A stretch of 64,000 bases of DNA from Monocercomonoides exilis PA203 (taxonomy: Eukaryota; Protista; Preaxostyla), in NCBI GenBank assembly GCA_001643675.2, contig LSRY02000038.1, forward strand, positions 124,001 through 188,000, given 5' to 3'. Positions within the stretch are counted from its first letter, which is position 1, and each line of letters starts with the position of its first letter. The notes beneath the pieces are model-generated. The model searched no databases. It had not been told where the DNA came from and worked only from the letters and a program-made list of their open reading frames with translations. Positions 12,721 to 21,795 of the stretch are shown piece by piece. The translations under genes were made by a program, and so were the position numbers.

Positions 12721-15700
12721 TCATAGGCTCTTTCCATTTTCTCCTGTGTTTGGAGTTAACTTTGACTCTGGTGTTGCTGATGAAGTTGTGGTGACTGTAT
12801 TTGTTGTTGTTGTTGTTTGTTGGATGATTGTCCCTTCCTTTTCATCATTTGTCTCACTTTCTGAGCTCTCAGCATATGCAATTGCATCTGAGGCTGTCAT
12901 CACAATTGCATTCGCTGGAAAGTGCGAAAACAGCTCCTTCTTCACCTCAAGCAGCCCCATCCTCTTGCTCGCCTCCTCTTCCCAGCAGCTTCCAACAACC
13001 TCATCCATTCCCCTTCCTGCAATCATCTTTCGCGATGGCCTTTCTCCAAATGTTATCTTCTGTCCAGCTGTCTCGGCATCATATTCTCCAAACGGGATAT
13101 CCAGAGTCAGGCACTCCCACAGCATCATCCCGATCGAAAACACAACTGACTCCTTTGTTGCTCCCATCTTCTTGTTCATCAGTAATTCAGGCGCCTTCCA
13201 CCTCAAGCACTCTTTTTTGAAATCATCATCCTCCTCAAACGCTGATGAAGGAGGTGGCGAGTCGGTGAATCTCTCGCTCATCAGTGAAATATTGGAAGAA
13301 GAAGAAACAATGGTTAATGAAGAGATGGATGATGAATCTGAATCATCTGATGAGCAGTCTGAGTGGAGAGCAATGCAAATGACCATGTGCTCCGAGAAGA
13401 GAACAATATGAGGATTCAGATTTTCGAAAGATGAAAGAGGATTTTCTATTTCATCAAACGAGTGGAGAGCTCCATTCGCAACCCAGAACAGGATTTGGGC
13501 AGCTGTCTGCTCCCTCTCCTGCAGTGTTCCAATGGCCATCTCCTTTGTCTTATTCCGTCCATGCAGCAACATGAACAAAGAATCCCTCAGATCCACAATC
13601 AGCTTCTCATGAGGAGAAGAGCAGGCCATTGCATCCACCAAGTTTGACATCGATGAGGTGGTTGGGCACAGATCTTCCCCTCGAACAAAAGTTGAATCTG
13701 AATCAGTTGTTGAAGTGGATGATACGGATGGAGAAGGTGTTCTCTTTATTATCTCTTCTTCCTCCTCCTTTTCTAATGCCCAATCAGGGATCTTATCTGA
13801 GTCCCTTCCAAGGATGTATTCAGTCGATCCACTCTCAGACAGAAGATGCTCCGACGACTCCGAATGTCCAAAACTTTTCTCATACACCCTCTTCTTGAAC
13901 TTCTCTTCGTTCTTCTTCTCTTCCTCCCTCTCTGCTCTTCTCCACTGCTCTTCAGGTGACATCTCCATCGTCACCATCTCGAACGCCTTCGGATCCTTTC
14001 TGATGTTATCATTAACAATCTCTCTCAAATCTTTCGCTTCATTCTTCGCCTTCCTCCATCGGACAGCCAAAACAACAGATACAATAAGAACAATCAAAAA
14101 CATAATAACAAGAACAATCACAATCAATAACCAATAAGATTTCCCTTCTTTCCCTCCTTTAACAACTTTTTCATCTCCAGTCTTTGGTTCTGTTTTGTTC
14201 TTCAATATCTGTGGAGAAGTCTCTGCCAATGGCTTCCCAAACAAAATCATCACTGACACCTCTGCTTCATCTGAAGCCAATGAAATATTTTCTGATGGGA
14301 TTCTTTCAATCACTTCTGCTTCTGAAACAAAACTGTCTTCCTCAAATTGATATGTCTCAACCAACTCCACATCCCCTGTTTCATACACAACTCTGAATGA
14401 CAAGTCACATGGCACAAAAAGAGATCCCTTGAATTTCACAACAACATTACCACCATTTTCATTCACCGAAACCTCTTCGAGCTTTGGAATGAAAAAAGAA
14501 GATGACCTTTCTCCAGCAATTCCTCCAAGGGTGCATCCATCATTCAAAATCCAAAGAGAAGAATTGGGCATCAATCCATCTCCTCCTTTCAAACTGGAGA
14601 TGGTCAATGAAGCAGAATCAGAGCAAAGGATGTTTCTTCTCACTGATGGATATTTTTCAATGAAGGGATTGTTGTTCTCAAACTCTCCTTTCTCAATCGT
14701 CACACTCCTCCCACTCACAGACAATCCCCCTTTTCCACTCTCCCGAATCCTCGTATCCTTCATCACAACCCTGCTCTTCTCAATCCCAACAATCGATCCA
14801 TTCCACTTGCATATCCTTTCTCTTCCCTCCTTCTCATTCATCTCCATTAATTTTCTTTCTTCATCTGCCTTGTCCACTCCTCCACACACATCACACATCT
14901 CAATCCTCACATCCTCACAACTGCTCAACAGAACAATCCCTCCCTTCTCTCTTCCACTCTCACATCCACTGAATGTGCAGTTTGACAGATTCCCATCTCC
15001 ACACCCTCTCGTCACCATCACACTCCACTCCCCAATTATTGTTATGTTCTCCATCCCCACTTCTTTCACACTCACTCTCGCCTCCCCTTCCACAACAACC
15101 ACATCTCCCTCTGATTCCACATCCCAAATCCTTGTCTCATCCATCACAACAAGCGATTCTCCACAGAACACAACCAATCTGCCGCAATGACGAATGTGCC
15201 TGATTGTGCATCTTGCCATCTCCATCTCTCCTCCCTCCACTCCAACCAGCGTGCTCTTCAGCCTCTTTCCCATCCCACTGGACGAACCCTCAAATGAGCA
15301 TTCATTCATCACCATCCGCCCCTCCTTCACTTTCACAACATATTTCTGTGTGCTCTCAAACATCTCTCCAAACACAAACAAACACCTCTCCACCACACTC
15401 TCATTCACAAACACCATCATGCTCCTCTCCTCTCCTCTTTCCTCCATCTTCCCCTCAAAATGCACTGTCGCCTTCTCCCTCCCCATCGACACCATCCTCA
15501 CATCCCCAATCACACATTCCTCTCCCATCATCCCTTCTCCATCAATAAGAATCACATTTACAACACTTCGTTGAATGTGCTGCACAGCATTTCCAATGCT
15601 CTCACACGGATTGTTCTGTGCTCCACACTGCCTGCTGTCACTCCCATTCACACACACAAACACCTGTGAAGAATAATAGAATGTGATCAGTGGGATCAGA

Positions 15701-18700
15701 TCAACATCAACTTTCCCTTCTCCATCACTCCCACACATCGAGTCCTTCCCCTTCAGCGCCTCCTGGCTGAAGTCCAGTCCAAACAGTCTTTCATTCAGCT
15801 GCAAGTCAATCGAGTCACATCGGATGAACACATCCTTCCCCACAAACGCATCATTCATCATGAATCGGATGTTCTCCAATCTCAGCCCAAGTGGTGGCAT
15901 TTCGGTGTTTACGTGCTCCACATTCGGATCAAGTGCATCAATCATCATCCCTCCTCCCCTTCCATTCCCTGTCGAGCACACACACATCCCAAACGAACAC
16001 CCACTCACTTTCACCTCTGACTCGCCTCTCTTCATCAGCATCTTCATCCCTCCTCCTTCCAAGCTTCTCTCGCTCATGCACTTCGTCAGCACACACCCTT
16101 CAATTTCACATTCCATTCCATTCAAGAACGATCCCACACTCGTCACACATGCCCTGTTCTCCACACATGTGATGTTCACAAATGAGGAGCTGTTCACCCT
16201 CACAATTTGTTTTGTGTTCTCTCTTGCTTTGTTGATCAACACATTTGTTGGGGATGGCTGACTCAGCGATATCAGACTGCTTCCTGAGATTGTTGTGTTC
16301 GAAACTGACACATTCATCGCATCAATACTCTTCACATCTGCTGTGAATTCGACAAACCCTTTTGCCAGATTGAACTGAGAAAGAGCAAAATCCTCAATCG
16401 CCACACTCCCTCCATCTGCTTTTATCAGACAATATTTCGTTTCCTTTGCTGAATCCTCACAAACAAATGAGCACCTCTTGATTGAAAGTGATGTTGCTGA
16501 TGATGAAGTCGAGTGAATGAGCGATGAACGAGAAACAAGTTCATTTGGCAGAGAAAATGACAAATTCGTGAATGAAGCAACAACATTCGATGTTATCATT
16601 CCCCCTCCTTCACTCACTTTCAAAACTGTTCCTTCAATATCTCCTTCAATTGACACAACTGGAGTTATTGATAATGACGATGATGATGATAAAAATGATA
16701 TTGATTTCTGGAGCAATCCTGATCCAACAATCTTGATATGTGACTCGCCTTCTCCAAGTGACTCATATCTCAGCGATATCAAGTGATCAACTGATGAGCA
16801 TGGTGCTTCTGAAAACCCACACCCACTGAAGTCTCCTCCTTTCTCTCTCGAAACAAACCCATTTCCGCTCCAATTACTCCACAAATACACAACAAGTGGA
16901 ATCACATATCCCTCCTCTCCTGTTGTCTTCCTCTCCCATCCACACAGCTCATCCAACGATCCCAATTCCTCTAAACTCATCTCCCATTTCAGGTGCTCCT
17001 TTTTCACAATCTCTCTCAGATCCCATCCTGAAACAAACACATTCTTCCCCTTCCAGGCATTGCATCCCTCAAATGTCATTCCTTCTAAAACAAATGATCC
17101 CATTTCATCTGGCAGCTTCAAAAACATCCCTCCTCCCATTCCTCTTCCTCCATTCTCAACATCCTCTGTTGGCACTTCACATCTTGATAAGTTCACATTT
17201 TTCATCTCCAAACTCCCTCCCTTCCCCACTGAAATCATCATCCCTCCTCCTTTCATCCCACTTCCATCTGAACACACTGATGATATATTGCATTCTTCAA
17301 TTTTTGAACTTCCTCCTTCCTTCATCCCAACATTCAAACATCCTCCTCCAATTCCGCCTGTCACTTCCACTCCACTCACCCTGCTGTTCAAAATCTCCAA
17401 TTGAACTCCACTTGTCATTGATATTGGCGATTTCCCATTCATTATCACTCCACTTTCCATCACAAACCCATCAACAATCAGATCACCTCCTGTCATATCA
17501 ATAATGTTGTATCCTATCTTTCCACTTGAAAATGCCCCACTTTCAAATGAGACTGAACAGTTCGTCACGCTGAGTGTTGATATTGAGTGAATGAATGCAC
17601 TTCTCCTTGAATTCAACTGACCTTTCACAACAAATGAAAGTCTGCTCATTGTCAGTGAACTCGAACATCCAACAAGACAATCTTGTGTATCTGATCCTCC
17701 ATCACTCACATACACCTCCATCCTCTCTTCCTCCTCTTCCGATGATATTATTCTGCCTGAAATTATTACATCAAATGAAGAAAATTCAATTTCATCCTTT
17801 ATTGACGAAGATGAGACAATCTCTATTTCTTTCACATTTTCACTCAATCTTGAGTTTGCACAATAATCAACTGTCAAGCAGCCAAACTCTTCGAATCCAC
17901 ATCGATTGTGATCCATTCCATTTCCTCCGCTCCCATCAACAATTATTTTCGTTCCTAATGAATGAAAATACACAAACAGTGGAATCACTCCACTTTCATC
18001 CCAATTTTCACTCCCACTCAGTTTTAACACATCTGACGGAATTTCGCTTGTGTCAAAAAATGCAAATGTGTTTGTATTCACTTTTGACTCCAAAAACACA
18101 CCACTCCCACAATGAACAAACATATCCTTCCCATATTCTGCAACATTCACATTCACTTTCGAAAACTCAACATTCTCTCCAATTGTCAACCCAGATCCCC
18201 CACTCTCCATCACCACATATAATCCTCCTCCTCTCCCTCCATTTCCTTCAATACCCATTGCGACACATCCATCAATCAAACTTGTTCCATTCACAACCGC
18301 TTTCCCATTTCCTTGCAAACAAACATATATTCCTCCTCCATTCCCATTCTCGCACACACATTGCTCGATTGTTGTGTTGCTCACCGCAAATGTCTCATCT
18401 CCATTCACACTCTTTGCCACAACCACTCCATCTCCTTCAGTCAGATTCACATTCCGAATTGTCACATTTGACAAAAAACTCTCATCTGATTCAGCTTCTC
18501 CTGATGATGGTTCTGAGAACAGAGGTTGATTCACTTTCATATCTTTGACCTCCACATCAATCATCCTCAGCTGTGAAAGCGCAACCACAAATACAGATGA
18601 CGATATAACATTCGTTCCAGCAACATTTGACGAGATCAACACATCTTCTAATGAGAGTGACCCGCTCCCATCAGAAACAGCAAACACATTCGGTGAAGAA

Positions 18701-20898
18701 TCTCGTTCAGAGTTGTGGTCGATCCCAACATGAAGAATCTCCAGCTGCCCACCCCCCACGCTGAACAGCGTTGTTGAAGGATAAGAAAGCGAATGTGTTC
18801 CAATAATGCTTGTTTCTCTTCCTTTCCCTTCAACTCTCATCTTATTCAAATTTGATTCAACTGTTGTCTCTTCCTTTTTGTGATTCCCTTCCATCAGGGT
18901 GACAATCAAGCTCGTTTGTGTGACGCTTCGATTGACAGCAATACCTATGGTTTTGCATGCACTTGACTCATCAGTTCCACACAACTCATCTTCTATGCCT
19001 CCATCAGCTGCCACAAGTCGAAAAAGAACTCCATTCTTCAGCCATTCCTTCTTTTCTGTGAGCTGAAATATCCAACTCCCAGAGTTCGATAAATCATATC
19101 CGTAGCACATTCTCTGGTCATCTGTGTTTGTTGTGTAGCATTCATAGAATGGATTATTTTCTGATAAATAGAGATTATTTTCATCATAATACATCACATC
19201 ATGACCACATTGAGCGGATGCATCACTGCACTTGCATTCATGAAAGAACAAAAAATAATAATAAATAATATCATTTTGTTCTGTTGCTTGATTTGGATAA
19301 ATACACAATCCTCCTCCCTCTTGTCGTGTGGAGCAGAAGATAAACTGAATGCTCTTCATTCTGAATGAACCAGGAGCGCTTTGGCAAAACATGCCTCCAC
19401 CACCAGTATTCGTGATCGAACATGTTGTGAAACTGCAGTCAAACACGCATGCACTCTCCACTCCTTCATTCTTATTTCCAATGCATCCTTCTGATACATT
19501 AAAATATTCCAATTTTAATCCCCCTCCAAATCCAATCGCTTGACAGTTTTTGAACTTGCATTCACTTATCTGGGTGCACAAAAAAATGCCATATAAATAC
19601 ACACCTCCTCCATATCGATTTGTGGAGACACAGCAATTGAAAGTGCTGCTTTCAATAGTCGCTGCTTTGATTGTGTGGCACATTATCCCTCCACCACAAC
19701 AATGAGAAGAACACTCGTTGAATGCGCAGTGAGAAACGGAAAGTGAACCAGATGTTAATGTGTGCATGAATATTGCCCCGCCATTTGAAGTTCCATCAGT
19801 GTAATTACTACTTGATCCGGTTGTCCTCGATCTGTTCCATTCGCACCAAATAAATGTGTTTTGCCCATTTTCTGTTTCATTCTGTCTCCCTGGCTTCAAT
19901 GGGCTTTCTTTGCTTCCAATGAATTCAACATTTCCTGTGCGTGTGCATCCAGCAAAAGAGGTATTTGAGGCTGTCAAAGAGGCCAAAGGATTGCTCAGAG
20001 AAGGAACTATTCCTCCATCATACACATCACAGACTGATGAAAATGAGCAGCCATTCATCAGAGTGGAACATCCACATCCCAAATCAAAAAGAATCCCTTT
20101 GTGTGTTGGAACTGTTGAAATGTTGGTGAAAATCAAATTTGTGAGTGAAACACTCTCAATAAAGGAAGATAATAGAAATGGAGGAGAAGACATCTGGAAT
20201 GAAGAAAAGCCTGACGAGCAAACAGAAACACAACTGATTGGCTGACTTTTCGATCCACTCATTTGCGTGGAGAAAAGAGGAGGCATCTGAGTTTGTTGTG
20301 CATTCCAAAATCGAAGTGTCAAGTTATTCAGAGATATTCGACTCCCATACAAATCAAATGGACTTATCCCGCTTCTGACCTCAAGATGACACTCAGAAAT
20401 CATCGCTACACTTTCAGTTCTTAAGGTTAAATAACTTGTATTTTCATTTGCCTTCATCCCCAAATTCATGCACAACAGAGATGAATTGCCCAGAATAATG
20501 TGACAATTCATCTCGCTTTCTTCAATTCCTTCTTCAATCTTCTTTTCATTGTGGATGCTAATATATGATGTGTCTCCTTCAATTTTGACGATATTCCTGT
20601 TTGTGTTTGTGTTTGAACATTCAATTCTGTTGTTTTGATTCTTTCTCCATTTTCCTTTCCATCCCTCAGATTCATCATGTTCAGAACTCTTCTGTTCATG
20701 CTGTGCTTGTATATAAGTTTCATTTAAATTGTAACTATTTTCAGCTTCAGTTGAAGTTGTCCAATCACTTGCAGGAATAATTTGCAAAACATTTAATTCT
20801 GGAATTGTTCCAACTTTGTCATTTGTGGCATCGTTGCATAAGCAATGCAAATTAATAATGTTCATCAACATTGCAGCAATAATCATCATTAGATTCAT
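12721..20898 (-). CDS. giant receptor-like surface protein with TM and C-terminal degenerate (pseudo)kinase domain
   Basis: 2725-aa intronless ORF with a signal-like N-terminus. Repeated GGAI/GGG-x-F and CG..x.PC modules; TM at ~14062-14137; kinase C-lobe motifs LRWKAPE, VFSIGMMLWECLT..PF, GERP and CW....R. Confidence 0.88.
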   Translation of the reverse strand: MNLMMIIAAMLMNIINLHCLCNDATNDKVGTIPELNVLQIIPASDWTTSTEAENSYNLNETYIQAQHEQKSSEHDESEGWKGKWRKNQNNRIECSNTNTNRNIVKIEGDTSYISIHNEKKIEEGIEESEMNCHIILGNSSLLCMNLGMKANENTSYLTLRTESVAMISECHLEVRSGISPFDLYGSRISLNNLTLRFWNAQQTQMPPLFSTQMSGSKSQPISCVSVCSSGFSSFQMSSPPFLLSSFIESVSLTNLIFTNISTVPTHKGILFDLGCGCSTLMNGCSFSSVCDVYDGGIVPSLSNPLASLTASNTSFAGCTRTGNVEFIGSKESPLKPGRQNETENGQNTFIWCEWNRSRTTGSSSNYTDGTSNGGAIFMHTLTSGSLSVSHCAFNECSSHCCGGGIMCHTIKAATIESSTFNCCVSTNRYGGGVYLYGIFLCTQISECKFKNCQAIGFGGGLKLEYFNVSEGCIGNKNEGVESACVFDCSFTTCSITNTGGGGMFCQSAPGSFRMKSIQFIFCSTRQEGGGLCIYPNQATEQNDIIYYYFLFFHECKCSDASAQCGHDVMYYDENNLYLSENNPFYECYTTNTDDQRMCYGYDLSNSGSWIFQLTEKKEWLKNGVLFRLVAADGGIEDELCGTDESSACKTIGIAVNRSVTQTSLIVTLMEGNHKKEETTVESNLNKMRVEGKGRETSIIGTHSLSYPSTTLFSVGGGQLEILHVGIDHNSERDSSPNVFAVSDGSGSLSLEDVLISSNVAGTNVISSSVFVVALSQLRMIDVEVKDMKVNQPLFSEPSSGEAESDESFLSNVTIRNVNLTEGDGVVVAKSVNGDETFAVSNTTIEQCVCENGNGGGIYVCLQGNGKAVVNGTSLIDGCVAMGIEGNGGRGGGLYVVMESGGSGLTIGENVEFSKVNVNVAEYGKDMFVHCGSGVFLESKVNTNTFAFFDTSEIPSDVLKLSGSENWDESGVIPLFVYFHSLGTKIIVDGSGGNGMDHNRCGFEEFGCLTVDYCANSRLSENVKEIEIVSSSSIKDEIEFSSFDVIISGRIISSEEEEERMEVYVSDGGSDTQDCLVGCSSSLTMSRLSFVVKGQLNSRRSAFIHSISTLSVTNCSVSFESGAFSSGKIGYNIIDMTGGDLIVDGFVMESGVIMNGKSPISMTSGVQLEILNSRVSGVEVTGGIGGGCLNVGMKEGGSSKIEECNISSVCSDGSGMKGGGMMISVGKGGSLEMKNVNLSRCEVPTEDVENGGRGMGGGMFLKLPDEMGSFVLEGMTFEGCNAWKGKNVFVSGWDLREIVKKEHLKWEMSLEELGSLDELCGWERKTTGEEGYVIPLVVYLWSNWSGNGFVSREKGGDFSGCGFSEAPCSSVDHLISLRYESLGEGESHIKIVGSGLLQKSISFLSSSSSLSITPVVSIEGDIEGTVLKVSEGGGMITSNVVASFTNLSFSLPNELVSRSSLIHSTSSSATSLSIKRCSFVCEDSAKETKYCLIKADGGSVAIEDFALSQFNLAKGFVEFTADVKSIDAMNVSVSNTTISGSSLISLSQPSPTNVLINKARENTKQIVRVNSSSFVNITCVENRACVTSVGSFLNGMECEIEGCVLTKCMSERSLEGGGMKMLMKRGESEVKVSGCSFGMCVCSTGNGRGGGMMIDALDPNVEHVNTEMPPLGLRLENIRFMMNDAFVGKDVFIRCDSIDLQLNERLFGLDFSQEALKGKDSMCGSDGEGKVDVDLIPLITFYYSSQVFVCVNGSDSRQCGAQNNPCESIGNAVQHIQRSVVNVILIDGEGMMGEECVIGDVRMVSMGREKATVHFEGKMEERGEERSMMVFVNESVVERCLFVFGEMFESTQKYVVKVKEGRMVMNECSFEGSSSGMGKRLKSTLVGVEGGEMEMARCTIRHIRHCGRLVVFCGESLVVMDETRIWDVESEGDVVVVEGEARVSVKEVGMENITIIGEWSVMVTRGCGDGNLSNCTFSGCESGREKGGIVLLSSCEDVRIEMCDVCGGVDKADEERKLMEMNEKEGRERICKWNGSIVGIEKSRVVMKDTRIRESGKGGLSVSGRSVTIEKGEFENNNPFIEKYPSVRRNILCSDSASLTISSLKGGDGLMPNSSLWILNDGCTLGGIAGERSSSFFIPKLEEVSVNENGGNVVVKFKGSLFVPCDLSFRVVYETGDVELVETYQFEEDSFVSEAEVIERIPSENISLASDEAEVSVMILFGKPLAETSPQILKNKTEPKTGDEKVVKGGKEGKSYWLLIVIVLVIMFLIVLIVSVVLAVRWRKAKNEAKDLREIVNDNIRKDPKAFEMVTMEMSPEEQWRRAEREEEKKNEEKFKKRVYEKSFGHSESSEHLLSESGSTEYILGRDSDKIPDWALEKEEEEEIIKRTPSPSVSSTSTTDSDSTFVRGEDLCPTTSSMSNLVDAMACSSPHEKLIVDLRDSLFMLLHGRNKTKEMAIGTLQEREQTAAQILFWVANGALHSFDEIENPLSSFENLNPHIVLFSEHMVICIALHSDCSSDDSDSSSISSLTIVSSSSNISLMSERFTDSPPPSSAFEEDDDFKKECLRWKAPELLMNKKMGATKESVVFSIGMMLWECLTLDIPFGEYDAETAGQKITFGERPSRKMIAGRGMDEVVGSCWEEEASKRMGLLEVKKELFSHFPANAIVMTASDAIAYAESSESETNDEKEGTIIQQTTTTTNTVTTTSSATPESKLTPNTGENGKSL

Positions 20899-21795
20899 TT
20901 TGATGAGATAAATCGACTTTTTTTTTTCTTCTTTGATTTATTATTATTAAGGGTCATTAATGATCGAAGAAAAAACGAATTTGTTTTAAGAACATTAATA
21001 TTTTATTTTGAGCCTATAATATGCAATAATAGAAAACAAATAGTTTTTGTTTTTTACAACAATTGTTCGTTCAGATTTCGGAAATTTTGAAAATTACACG
21101 CTTTATTGTTTCTCAATTGAAATCCTTCATCTTTGCCCAATCGACTTGTTTGAAAAACAATGTGTGGATAATAATTTTCATTTTTATTAATGAAATTGAC
21201 TTTCAATCAAAAAAGAAAAATAAAAAAAAGATAAAAAAAGAAATATCCCATTCCACAAATTGGATTTTCAATCATAAAGCTGTTGTAAGAATCATAATTG
21301 TTTAACAAAAAAAAGTTTGCTTTTCTTCTATCATCATCTGCATAATTCCAGATTATGTTTCAATTCTTCAATTATTGTCAGTTGAATTTATCCAATGAAA
21401 AAAACGTTGGCAAATTTAAAAAATAGAAATATGATTTATACAGAATCCTCAAACAAGTAATAACCATCAAGAATATGAGTTACGCTCATATTATTAAAGC
21501 GTTGAAAACAACTCTTCCTGGTTGAAGTATTAAAGAAAAAGAGTCCTCAATAATTCTCTAAGTGTTCGCATTATTGACACAAACTCTGTGTCTGGCAACT
21601 GACGTCGATAAAAATTGCAGAAAATAAAAATTCAAAACAAATTTCAATATCTCTCAAAAAACATATTTAACTACAAAGGATTTCTTGAAAATATAATTGA
21701 GAACAATATCATCGATCTAATTGCTATTAAATTATATTTTTCAAAAAAATTAAAAAAAATAAAAAATAAAAAATGTACAATAAAAAAAATTCTCT

